64,000 nt of DNA, from contig JAYWIR010000038.1 in assembly GCA_036172245.1 (NCBI GenBank), positions 1,488,001 through 1,552,000 on the forward strand, read 5' to 3'. The notes beneath the pieces were generated by a model. That model ran no database searches. It was not told the DNA's origin and saw nothing but the letters and a program-made list of their open reading frames with translations. Shown here in pieces: positions 1 to 13,100 of the stretch. The position numbers and the translations under genes were made by a program. The stretch's first letter is position 1; each line of letters begins with the position of its first letter. The DNA comes from Raillietiella orientalis. Lineage: Eukaryota.

Positions 1-1036
1 CGGTCCTGAATTCTCACTTAGGAGATTTGCGAAGGGGACGTTCCATTACCGGGGTGAAGCCGAGCAGTAGACAAGATGACAGAGAAACTCGAAATCAGAG
101 CTGAAACCGAAAAGGGACAGCTGCTCTCTTTAAAAAAAGGCTGAGTGAGATACGCGAGGTGCAGTGCCCGAAGGGTCAGGGAACGATTTTGCGACCACAA
201 AACTGAGCCAAGCGAAGCAAACATCAGCACATGGTTCCTGTGCACGGTCGAGTGTGGCGGTTTCTTTGTGGGATCGTCATGGAGACGCTTATTCACGCTC
301 GCTCAACGAGTTTTGAAAAGAAGCTGCCACGGCTGTTTAACCATCCTCCCAGGATCCACTGTTTAACCAGGATTTCGCTGTGATGAAATTAAAAGAGGGC
401 AGCATTTTTTAATCTTTACTGCAAAAGAAATTGGTGAGGAAAAATTCTAGCCAATGATGGGGATTCCTTGCCCTTTGTTTCCCTGCATTCTTTATACGAA
501 AGCTGTGTGCAAGTCGCCAGGGTCCAGAATGCTGAGGATGAAATCGTCTGCGCGTGATTCTCGATGGGAGTGGACAGGAAATCGACTGCAATTCACAGTG
601 CTTCCTCACAGCTAAATGAGAAGATTGAGAGCATCCAGAAGCATCCAGTTTTCTTCGTTCCGGACCATCCTCTAGGCATGAGTCGGAGCGGGCAGGACAA
701 CTCTCCGGATAAACCTTCTTACGTCCAGGCAGTTTGGGATGTTTCCTTTTGCCTGGCCGCCTTCCTCAGTGAGAACGCAAAGAGTGAAAAGCGCAGTAAA
801 GGATGTAGGGCAGAGATGCCGGTTCTTCAGCACAGCCTTGATGTTTTCAGCAGCTGAGCAGAAATTTAAATGCATGCGATCCGAGAAGAGTTTCGTGCCA
901 TCGGGCAAGGAGAATGAATTCCATTGCACCCTGAGGGAATTCGTCTCTGCCCGTGCCTCTCGCTTGCATGTCTTTTGTGCATGTTGCAGCAACCAGAACC
1001 CGAACCAGCTCTACCTCCCTGATTATTGTGTTTCAG

Positions 1037-1108
1037 TGACTTGAGCTGGAACCCCGTCACAACGCTCCCCAAGGGTATTTTCAGAGACTTGAATAGTCTA
1101 ACTTCTCT
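1037..1108 (+). CDS. LGR exon: leucine-rich repeat
   Basis: 72-bp exon, tttcag|...|gtaagt, encodes DLSWNPVTTLPKGIFRDLNSLTSL. Confidence 0.9.
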
Positions 1109-4100
1109 GTAAGTAAGAAATGCTTTCATCTCTTTGAAGTTTCCACACTTCTTCTCATCCGCGAACGAGCCGTTCCCTAGACGATCTCTAGCGTTTCCGT
1201 CGCGAGGATCGTGTAATTCAATGTAAAAGAGGGGCGCATTAAAGCTTGGAGGAGTCTTAGCGAGTCTCCTCGAGTGCCCCCGGACAGATTCCGAAAACGG
1301 TTTCGAGATAGATCGAGCAAATCGGCCCTCTCTCGGTCGCCAGTTAACGACTCTTGCTGTTTTCCCAGGAAACTGAAAGGCATCCACCTGCACAGCGTGG
1401 ATCCGCAAGTGTTTGCGCCTCTGAAGAGCTTGTGGGATGTGTGAGTATCGGGAAGCAAAGTGAAAGGTTCAGTCCAGCTGCTTCTCCATCCCAAAGGATG
1501 TTTTACAAATTCCGGTACTGCAGTTACTTGCCAGCCGTGCGTCAATGCTCGCCGAACACGGACGGTGAGTACCGACCCGGGGAAACCGGAAGTGGGACTT
1601 CGGGGAATGCTTTCGAGCGATTGCTCCCCGGAATCACGGGGTCAGACCCTAGACCTCACCACTTGTAGGAATTTCCTCCATCTCTCGCCTGATGGACTCC
1701 CGAGTGCTGCGCCATGCCATATGGCTCATGGCTATACTGACCACCTCTGGTAATTTACTAGTGATATGCTGTCGGTCGATCACCAGAGAAGACAGCTTAG
1801 TTGTCAGCCTGTTTATAAGGAACCTGGCAGGTAGGGAGGGAACCCCTGTAAATCACCTGTTGACGAGTCGTTCAAGCCGCTGATTTGATAATGGGGCTGT
1901 ACTTGTTCTCTATCGCAGGCTTGGATAGCGTGTACAAAAATTCGTATTACAGATATGCTCACATATGGAAGTCATCGTGGGGATGTCGCTTCATTGGAGC
2001 GATAGCTCTAACGTCAACAGAGGTAAACAGTAGACAGAGAAAAATGCGATGACTCTCGTGATGTAGGTTTCCATATTGATTTTAACAGTCATGACTGTCG
2101 ATAGATTTCTGTCGATAACATTTCCTTTTCGGAATTACAAAATAAACATTTTCAGAGCTTACTGTGTGCTTTTATGGATATGGACAGCAGGGATAGGAAT
2201 AGGTCTGTATCCAGGTGAGTGATGCTTTGAAGGAAGTTTTGTTGCTCCAGATGCCAATGTAACGATAAATTTTGCTTATGTTTCTACGACAAGCAGATGC
2301 TTCCCGTTTTCCTAAAAGCATGGGAGAACACGAACACGTGTGCACATTCCGAATGACGATGACTAAACGGAGTTTTGTCTCACGGAGAGAACGAATGGTC
2401 GAACTGCAAGCAAACAAACAAACGGAAGAGTTGCATGACCTTTGCAATGCAGGTCTGCATTGGGACCACCCACTGAGCTGCGGCGTGCCAAAATAAGGCG
2501 CACTCGATCTCTGTGCTGCAGATAAGACCAAGTGAAGACAATTAGCGCTTCTGTACGGGCACCTGCCGGATTACACCCTGAAGGTCGCCCTTTCAATCCG
2601 ACTGAAACACCTCGATAAGAACAGCACACGGCGGCTCTATTTCCGTGGGGAAGAGAGGGGGGGGGGGGGGAGGTTCAAAATCCGTGATGAGATTCTGCTT
2701 GTCAGTTTTTGGTCTTTTGTCTTCGTGTGCTGAGGTATTTTGCTCCTGAGAAGTTCCCAAAACACGCTGACGCTTCCGAGAGGAGCGATGAAGCTGAAGT
2801 CGTGGATCAGAAGTGCAGAAAGTACAGACGGCTTTGAAGGAGAGCAAATACAATTCCTTCCTTAACAGCAGTGCGGCCAATGACGGGCCATCTTCAGATT
2901 TGTATTCGGTGGTTCTTGAGCTCGTGGCGCGTGGAACTTGCCATCGGCTCTCTTTGGCACAAAAGTTGGACCTGTGAGCTCCGTTCAAGCCTGAATGGCC
3001 GGTGGGGTTCCTGGGTTTGTGTTCGCTAAACTGGTTGCAGTGCTACGTTTCCTGGTTTCCCTGACATGCTGAGTCATGGTTCCCGTGTGGTCAAGAGACC
3101 GACTGAATCCCAGTGCTATCATTTTTGAAGCGGCTTCCTGCCAGAAAGAGTGCGTGACACTGCAACCAGCTCATCCATGTCTTTGAGCACACATGGAGCT
3201 AAAAATCGGCCCGATCCCTGTTTGGCACTTTCATGCACGTGTGCCAGCTCGAAGGCAACCGTCGCATCTAATCCCGCCACACCTGGAGATGCTCGTTTGA
3301 TGCAGATCCGAGTCGCTTTCTGAACTTTCGCTTCCTCCACGAAGTGCGCCACGTGGTGTTCGGCGTGATCGCCCATACAATGGATGCTGATGCGGTCACT
3401 TTCACTCAGTGGACAGCTATGCCAGCTGCTTTTCCATTCAGCTTCTGCTGTGCATCCATCTTTTGCTCTGTAGCTACCGTCGTCTCTTCACCATGATGAC
3501 GAATGTCTGCCTGCTTTGTATTGCTGTTCACTTCCGGGGTCCGAGTCGATGTATTCCCGGAAAAACTTGAGCACCACTCGTAAATTTCTGGAAACTGTGC
3601 TTCTGCAAGGACATACGGAAGTTCGACAGTCCTCACAGCTTTTCTTTTCCGCTTACGACTGCGCAAAACACCGTCTGAAATTTGGAAAAACCTGAACTTG
3701 AAATCTCCTTTTCTTTTCCTCCTTATCATTCCTTCTGGAGATAGGTTGCGATTTTTGTAAGGTTGCCTGCCTGGTGATGGGGAGAGGGCCGTGAGAATTC
3801 TCAAATGCTTTGACGCTTCGCGACTTTACCCTCCGAGCTCTTGAAAAAGACGCGCATCCTGGAGGAACCATTTCCCCCACAATGTTGACGCCTACCACTG
3901 AAACTCACCCTGCATGTCCCCTTCGATTCCAAAATACTTCCCTCTGGATGATTCCTTCCGATGCCAAAGCATTTGCTTAGGGAAAAAAATGAAGGATATA
4001 TTCCTCTTCGCCGAAAGACAAAAGAAGGAAGAACAAATGGGAAAAGAAAAATCACGTATCAGGAGTCTCTCCTTCGACTTTCTACTGGAATCCTGGCTGC

Positions 4101-7100
4101 CCTTATCCTGGAAAAACCAGGTCACGAGGCGTTGCATATGAAGGGACCGCGGCGTAGGGCTGCCTTCCTCCGCCGGAAACCTGCGGTTTCCCTCTTGCGT
4201 GAAACTTGGTGCGGAGTTCAGGTCGATCTGAAGCTCGGGTGGAGGAGTGAGGGATTCTGTTGAAAATCTTCCTCCCCGGCGGTCGTGAAGGATTGAGGAC
4301 GTGCAAGGAGGAAAAGGCAAATACAAGGATTCCGTTTCCTATCTTCGCTTTCACTTTATTCCAAGGATCTTTTTCTTCTTCATTTGCTTGATCGTTTATT
4401 TAAGGTGAGGCAAAATTCCAAAGGAGTTGCTAGTCTTCTAAGGATCCCCTGTCTTACTCTTAGATGCTCACAGAATGAAAACCCGCCAGGAATTTCTTAT
4501 CAGCATCCGCGTGGAAAGATTCACGAATCAGTGACAAAAAATAGAAGTGGCTTCGAGGAAAGAACGAGGATCTTTCCGGAACAAATTCAAGAAATGTCCC
4601 ATATCTCACCAAAAAAAAAAAAAAAAATGGCACAAAAAGACTCGCTTCTACTCTTTGGCTGACGAAGCGACAGCCCTTGGGCGTTCACTCAGAAGAGAGG
4701 CCCACCTATCGGAGAAAGCCGAAAGGATGCTCTTCGCAATCTTCAATTGATCGAATCGGCCAAAGAAGTTTTCAGCCATGAATTCGAACTGTTCAAAAAT
4801 GTCAAAAAAAAAGAAAAAAAATCATTTTAGCGTCCGTAGCATTCTTTCAAGAAGATCGTTCTTTAATGTATGTTGGCGCTGCGAAAGTACCGAGCGAGTT
4901 GCCAAAGTTCGGGAGTCTGTGGACGGAAAGGCTCAGGAATTTTTCACATTCCACTGGAAGATCACGAAAGAAAGCTTTTTGGCTTGTGAGGCAACCACCA
5001 TTTCCTTCACAATCGTGTTGGAATCACGCGGTACTGAAATCCAAAACCCAGGTCAGCATTCCACTGCTGCAAGGAACGGTCCAGCATATTCTGCTATCTG
5101 TCCACATGTCTTATGGATGTTGTTGCTCCCTACCGAGTCAAAGAATGAGCCTTTTTTCAGAATTCTCACCCCAAGTGTTTGCCACCAGTTGTATTTGCAA
5201 AAGACCTACTCTTGGATCTATCAGTGTGATGGGGTTTTTTGAGTCCCCTTACTTTCATTTGGCCATAAAGGGATTCATTCCTGCATTTCAGATTTTCGTT
5301 CTCAGTTCGGAATTGAAGCCAAAATCAGGACAGAAATGTTGGAGGATAGCGCGCTTTCTCAGATCGCTTCACCTGGAAGAGAGGTCTGACCTCTTCATAT
5401 TGGCAGTTGTCTTTTTCCCTCAGATGGGCTGTCTCCGTCTCCACGAAACCATGCCTGGGTACTTCCGTCTCTTGGAAAGTCTCAATGTTGCAGCGAAGGA
5501 TAAGCTCAGATTGAAATGAGAATCGTGCCTTCTCGGTAGAGCAGAAAAGTGCGTGAGAATTCGCCTGAAGAAAGGAGGAGTTTGACTCAATTGCCAGAAG
5601 AAAAAAGAGCTTATTCGAAGCAGGTGTTTCATCTTGCATTTCATCTTCTGCTGCCTTTGGGAACTCTTGAGCACGCAAGCAACCCTTTGGAGAAAGAATT
5701 CCAGTTTCCCGCAAAGCTGCTCTTCTTAACAGGAACTGTGCAAACGTGCACACAAATCATGTTTTTCTTTTTCCCATGCATAGAATTTCTTCCCTTTCTC
5801 CTTTCCTACGGCTGAACATGGTGCATTTTATTTATTTCGTTTTTCAAAGCCAAAGTGCCCTTTTGCCAAGGGAAAGGTCAATGAAAAGTAGCATAGGAGA
5901 TCACACCATTTTGATTTGGCGAGCAGAGTAAAGCAAATACGTTTGATTTCTGCCTGGATTCGAGGACCGACGATCTCGGAAAGTCTTGCGGCCACTTTCA
6001 CTTTTAAAGCCATTCCTCCTCTGCTCCTCATTTAGCAGCACGTGGATAGGCGACAGTTACGCTGCCGGACTTTCCAGTAGGTGCTGCAGATCAGCTCTGC
6101 TCAGAAACGCGAGTTCACTTTTCATACCCATCCACCACCAGCTCTCTCCTTGAAGTGTCCCGTAACAAGCGGGAATTCCAGATGTCCCTGCCAATAGCTT
6201 TTCTCGTTTTCCAGATTTGCTTCTTTTCAGGTAGGCACTGCTTGATCTTTGAGCAATGCCTGCTTGGATGTTCGTGATCCTTCCTTTGATCCTTTATTTC
6301 ATTTTATCTTTTTCCCGTCCTTTATTGCTTGCTCCAGCCCATGCTTGAGGCTGCTCATTTCTTCATGCACCCCTCGCTGAAGCTGACATACTTCCGGTGT
6401 AACCACTTGAAGCAAAATGTCGAATTCCTCTCATGAAAGAAAGCGAAAGTTCAAGAACTCGCCAATCACGTGGGCTTCCCGTCTCGTCTAACCGCGAGAG
6501 CGCAGTGCTCGGGAAGCACAAAGGGCGTCGTCCCTTCACATACCCGGGAACACAGGATCGAATCGCGTAGGAAGGAATCGCTGTCGAGTGGGCGCGGAGA
6601 ACAGCCGGCGTTTCCGCCTTTGAAGAAATCTTTCGAGCATCGCTTCCAGTTCCTCGAAGTGGTAAGGCCGAAACCGTCCCTCGAAGCAAAAACTAAATGA
6701 CCTTTGCCGTGCAAACAAGCAGCTTGGATCGGAATCCAATACCAGCAGCTGGTGGAAGAAGGGTCGCTGAAGCCCTACTCGTTCCGATACGCCTTGTTCG
6801 CACACCACCAAATATTGTGAGACACCTAGAAAGATCACTTCTGGATAGGCTGCAGAGTTTTGAGGCGCGTGGCACTCCGAGATGCGAGAATATTTTCTCG
6901 AGATTGTGATCACTTCCAAAGATGCCAAAGTAACAGAATGGGAGGCCTTTTCCTACGGAGCCGACGAAGAGGCACCCACCGATACGTCTGAGAATGCTAT
7001 TTTTTCCAACCCCCCATCTTTCGCTCTCGCCTTGGTTAGGTTAGGTCGGAAGACCTAACCTGACCTCAGCTAACTCTTTCAGGATGGGAGCGGTTCTCGG

Positions 7101-10100
7101 ACGAAGTGTTCCACAGGCATGATAATCAAAACACGTAACCATGGAGCTTGTTCGAAGCAGGTGTTTCATCGTGCATTTCGGACAGGATTCGAAAGAGTCC
7201 TCGCGAATCCAGCGCTGCGACGACTTCGCATCCTCTTTCTCATCGTTTCCCAAACTCGCAGTACCACAACTGCCTTACGCGTTGCCTTCCGTTCGTGCTG
7301 CAGGTGGTGGTTGGCTAAACAGAAACCTCCCAAGCGCCACGAAACGCCTTGAAGGCGCGCGAGCACAGCATTCCGCCCCAGGTTCGGTTCATTCTGGTCG
7401 CTTGGAGAGGCAGGTTACCGTTTCACATATTCCGCACGCAAAGAGTTTCGAGTGTGGTTCGCAGAAATGAAGTTCGTCCAAGAAGCGAACCGAATGTCCG
7501 TTGAACAAGCACAGTGCATTTAACAAGATGAGAGCAGTGGTTTCGTACTGGGGGTGTAGCCAAAGCTGCGTCATACAGCAGCGAATCGGTCGACCGCGTA
7601 TCAGCAAAATTGTTTGTGTGGGAGGTCATGTGGTCAAGGTCTCCGCGCGTGGCACCACCAAGCGTCGCGGGTTCGAATACTCGGCAAGAATCGACGCCGT
7701 CGAGAGATGGAGGGGTGCGCCGTGGGTTCGAGGTCCTCCTGCGAGATGACGCTGGTTGGCCTCCATTTATTCGGGTGTGGCGGCACTGGTAGCTGTTCAA
7801 ACCGGATGCCCCCGATGGGTGGCCAGGACAACAGGAGTCGACCTCCGAGGTCCCTGCAGGAAACGGAATCAAGGAGTCCCTTTGGGGTTCCCCTCTGGTT
7901 GTGAAAAGGAGCCGTTCCTCCCCCCTCATGGATGGACCCTCTGTCTCGTACCATGGAGCCGGCGGATTGACGATGCCTCTCCAGAGAGTGCAGAGAAGCG
8001 TGCCGCTCCCTTCGGGAGCGCCCTTTTGGAAAAATTCGGAAGTGTCCCTTAAGGGTTCTCTTCAGAGGAAGAGGAAACAGGGAGCGGTTCCCTTGAGGGT
8101 TTCCTCCGGAGAAGAAATTTCAGGAGCAGATCCTTTCCGGATTCCCTTCAGAGAAAGAAAATGGAGCGGTCCTTTTCAGGGGTCCCTCCGGAGAGAACAA
8201 GGAAGAGGAGATTCCCTTCGGAGTCCGCTTTGGAGACAAACAGGGTGGAGGTTCCCTTCGGGGATTCCACCCCAGGAGTGAGAGGAACGGACTCCCTTCT
8301 TCGGAGCCCTACCTGGATTCATAGAATGGTCGCCTCATGGGGCAACTTGAAGAATTACACGTACCCTCAGGTGGCGTGGAACAGTGCTAAAGAGCTGTGT
8401 GAGCCGCCGCCAGGGGCGCGACGGTTCTTGAGGAACCAAATCGGGCTTGCAGGGCGACGCATAGGATATGTGGAAGAACACATGCTTTGCACCTCGTGTG
8501 CATCCTGTAGAAAAAAAAAGCCCTCTCCCTAGAAAGGCCATCAAATTACGCAATCGACTGAAAATTTTCGTTCTTGGGGTAGTAGGGGTCCAACGACTGC
8601 AGCCACGAACGATCCCTCTGGCGAAATCCTTTTCGTTCCTTCGTTCGAGATTTGCGCCTTGTTGAAGATGCCTTCGTTTCCACTTCTTCTCCTTCGTGTG
8701 AGATCAGTTGGGTGGTGGGTTGCGCAATTCATGTCACTTCTTCTCTCTTTCTCTAATTCACTCTCCTTTCCTTGCTGGTGATCTGTTTGATCCCTCGCCG
8801 TATGTGCGACTGCTGTAGGTGCGAATTTGTTCCGGTGAATTTCCGGCGAAGGGAGGGACGTGTGTTCCTCAACATTTCCCGGCACAAAGCGCCACGGTTC
8901 CTCCTCAGGGTTCTAAGAAACCTGCAGACTGAACCAGTCATCTTCACAGATGAGAAAGCTTCCGCTCCTGAACGAAGGCGCCAGCCAGGGAAGACGAAAC
9001 TTTCAAGAAGGACAGTCGGGCAAGGGTGACTCTGTGTTCACGTGCTCGCCTGATGCCCCCGTGACTCGTGCAGATGAGCAGGGATGAGAGATCGTAGAGG
9101 TGGAATGCGGGGACTCGAGCACCACAAATCCAGGAAACAGACTTCCCTTTCAGCCTCGACTCCGTCCTCGCCACCTACGCTCCTTCCAGGAGCACAGAGA
9201 GGAAATTTCTGCCAGCTTTTTTTCCCCTTCTTGACAGTCGCTCCCGAAATCCGTTTCTGCCACGCTTGATGCCGAGTCAGGAACCGCATCCGATCGGTTC
9301 TCTTCTGTAGAGCGGGATGCATGTGGGATGAAAATCCCGAGTTCCTCAATCCGCCCACCTGTTCCCTGCTCCTGATCCTTTCCGTGAACCTTGAGCAACG
9401 CGAACTCCCGCGAGATGCCGGTACGACCGGTCGAAAATTTCGCAGAGCGCTCTTGCGCCCTTTCCTTATGTCCCGTCACGTGGTTTCAGCCTTCTATTGG
9501 AAATATAATGTCGACTTCTACGGGAGGAACAGCATGTGCTTCCCGCTGCACCTCGACGATCTCAACGAGCCCGGTTCGGAGTACACGATGTTCGTGTTCC
9601 TGGGGATCAACTCTGCCGGGTAAGTCGTGGATGAGAGGAGGGGAGTCGCGGCTGCCTGCTTACTGGGTCCAGGACGTCCGTCACCTCGGTCACCGTAGGA
9701 TGGCTCTGATATGCGTCGCCTACATCCTGATGTTTGTCAACATCCGCGCCACGAGGAGGGCGATAGCCCCGTCCACGGAAGTCAGCTCGAGGGAAAGGGC
9801 GATGGCGATCCGCTTCTTCTTCATCGTGTTCACTGACTTCTTGTGCTGGATGCCCATCATATGCATGAAGATCTTGCTTCTCTTCGACGTCCGCATCACG
9901 GGTACGCACCCTCCTCGGCTGCTACTGCAGTTGGGCTTCTTTCCTCAATGCCCATGCTCGTTCCGTTTCCATCTTCGGCGCCCGTTTGCCGATCGTGAAC
10001 TGTTCTTGTCCGTGGGTCTGTTGTGAAACTGTCGCACACTTCGCCATAGCCGTGGGGCAGCTTCGCTTCTGCTAACACCTCCATCCGAACTACCTCTTGG

Positions 10101-13100
10101 ACAATTCGCAAGTTCATCCATTCCTTACTCCTGGGTTTTTCGCGCGTCGCGGATGGCATGTCTTGGATTTTTAGGGTTCTTCGCTGCAACAGCGATCGTC
10201 GGTTCTCACCTCATAGCAGTGACACAGCGTTGCTGCAGTAACAAAGAGTAACAAAGAAAGGTAACAAAGCGTTGCTGGCCGTGTAAGGATGACGATACTG
10301 AGCTGAAGACACTGAAGACACTAACGGTGGAAGGCACTGTAAATAGGTATCATAAAAGTACTAAGGGTGAAAAAATATCAAGAGGTGAGAGCATATCGAG
10401 GGATATAAGGAAGTGCGTCAGAGGGTCCATGATGTAGCAAAATGCTAAGGTACATACTAGGCTTTCTTTCGCGTTCAGTCTGGATACCTCTTTTCCATCT
10501 AAAGATTATGTATATTAAAATGGGTTCTCGGGAGAGGTATCATTTTGCAAGATTTTCTTGCTGCGGACGATGAGCTCCTGATCATTTGACGGAGGAGACC
10601 AGAACTCCGCTTTTTCGCAGTTCATGAATTGCTGCAGGTAGCGCGCCTGACCCCGTTTGTGAGAGCTCCTTGTTTGTGGACCACGGGGACCTGGAGAAGA
10701 GAATTCAGCTTCCAGACCTTCTGTTTCTCCTGCACTGCCAGGGTCTTTTACCAAGGAGGAAGGGGGTGTCTGAATGCTCGAAAACGAAAGGGAGATTCGA
10801 CAGTGTTTTGACAGTGTGCGTAGCCGCGACTGTGCCCAACAGCTGCAAATCGACCTTGCCGTGCGGCCATAGGATGCGTAGGAGAATGGTTCGGAAGGAT
10901 GAAGTCCTCTTCGCAAAGTCTCTCTCTTCTCCAGAAATGCTCAACGACGCGAACATTGATCTTCTTCCTTCTCATCTCCAGGGAAACAGGGGCGCCGGGC
11001 ACACAGCAAGATTGAAGATGGTCCTTTCGATAGACCTTTCGTAGACAGAGCGTTTCCGTGGTCACGGGAAAGTATATCTGGGAGTAGAAAAGAAAGCAAG
11101 TGGGGATTCCCTCCTAGAAGAAGGAAGTACGGGTTTCTCCCGCGGGGAGATCGCGACTGCACCTTTGCCATCACTTCGAGATCACGTGTGTGGGAAAGCT
11201 TCGATGACATTGGATCGCCTACTTGGACGAAAGGCGGCAGCTGCGCGCTGACCCGCAAACGGAAAAAGTTGCCTCCTCGCAGCCAGTGAGCGATGGTGAA
11301 GCAGACGCTCAAGATATTGAGGATTGCGGGATTTCCTGCAGTCGGCCCGTCGAAAGTCCCTTAGGGGAGTCTCCAGAGAGACTTCTCATCAAAGTTTCTC
11401 AGCCTCGAGGAAGATTTCAGTCGTCACATCAGAAAACTTCGTCCAGCTTCAGCCCCATTGAGAGGCGCTCCTCACTTTCAAGACAGCTCTACCCTTGAAC
11501 TTGCGTCTCCTCCGAGAATCACAAGCCGATGGATTTCTTTCGGAAGAACACACGAGGACTTTTGGAAAATTAGGAAAGTCGGATCAAATCCCAAGTACTC
11601 AGGGATCCCCAGATGGCGTTGGTTTCCGATCTTCGCCACACTAAAAAGAAGAGCAAAAGATGCAAATGCTCTCGGCGCTCGCTTGCGATGAGGATGCTGA
11701 AAGTGAGGAGACAGGAGATTTATGGAGGGAGAGGGAAACGGCGCCGGAAAACGACTGTTCCAGAGCTACGCCCGGGCGGAGCAAGAAGACTTTCCCACGG
11801 CTTAGGAGAGACCCCGATTGCAAGCGACGGATTTGAGAAAGCAAAGAACCAGAATTCAGCTGCGGCTCTGCGAAGAAATCGAAGTCCCAAGGATCGAGCG
11901 AGCGATGATGGTTGGGGATTTGCAAATCGAAAGATGAGGGAAAGCGATGGAATGCTTCTTGATGTTGCTCGTTCGCTCGAGATGAAAGACCGTCGTTCTC
12001 CCACATGCAAGACACGGAGACAGATGAGCATGGGGTCGCGTCTCGAAAAAAGACGAAACGTTGACAGGATCGGAGACGCGAATTCGACTCCGAGCTGGAG
12101 CGAGGATGAATTAATTCGGAGGCATCCATCTGCCTGCGTCGGTCGCGACTCCAGGGATTCCCTTACGGGTAGGTGTGGCAGCAGCTGAGCCGGACGCTAG
12201 GGAGGAGATTCTCCGTGAACTGCCACGATAACGACTCGGCTCGGAACAGTCCAACAAAAAAGGGCGTGAGCCTCCAAGCTCTTGGAGCACCGGCGGCTAG
12301 AAGTAGCCTTCCGCTCTGAAGAGGCCCGCCTCTTCAGAGTGCAGGAGGCTATCTGTTTCATGCGTAGCACAGAGGTCCTCACTTCCATTGTCTTTCATTC
12401 CGTCTCAACTGTGCTATGCATCATCGAATGACAGGGATCATGTTCCCATCGCATGTCTGGTGAGTCAGTTTCTCGAAGACGTAATCCTATTCCGGTCATC
12501 GACCAGCACCGGCCATGTGCCCTCAGAGAGGAGGGGAAAAAATGTGGAAGAATCACGTCTGCAGATCGAGGAGCGAGTAATCCGCATCCTGCCACGCTTA
12601 CGTGCTATCCGAGCAAAGGAAGGAAATGTTTCAAGACTTCTCTGTGGAAGGGCATTACCGTTTCCGGAGAACGAACTCACTGAAAACCCGACTGCACTCG
12701 CAATGAGGCAGAAAGCTCCCTAAAGTGTGCCCATTTGGCGCCTGCCTACAGTTGTCTGTCCGCTGAAGGAAAATGTGAATGATGGTTCATTATCCACATC
12801 AGATAGTCGATTTTTGGAAAGCTGCTTCCTCCTGCTATGTGTGAGCATTTCTGCACCTCAAGAGTCTGCACTTGTCTTTTTCATGGACATCCCAAAAGAA
12901 AAAGTTTCTTCAGCGTTAGAGAGCCAATGAACTTTTGAGGGCAGCCCAGATATAGTCTGAGCTGCTTCGAAAAGCACGCCGGAGGAGAAGAGTGGTTGTT
13001 CAAGATTTAGTTCAGAGTATCCACGTGGGCAAGGGGAGGATTTAACCAGCTGGAGGGGGACGTTCGTTGTTTGCCTCTTCTCTTCAAGACTCTTCAAGTC

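Noticed and set aside
1..1036. Further upstream LRR exons of the GPCR
   Set aside because: No 72-bp AG..GT-bounded LRR-pattern segment found; treated as intron.
7990..8290. CRISPR-like array
   Set aside because: Units are degenerate contiguous tandem hairpins without unique spacers; the context is eukaryotic and there are no cas genes.
8280..8410. Conserved peptide (P-W-I-H-R) recurring in the SINE copies' ORFs
   Set aside because: Explained by nucleotide similarity between repeat copies; ORF starts and frames are not conserved.
10236..10325. Short repeats GTAACAAAG x3 and CTGAAGACA x2
   Set aside because: Consistent with simple slippage duplications; no further structure.
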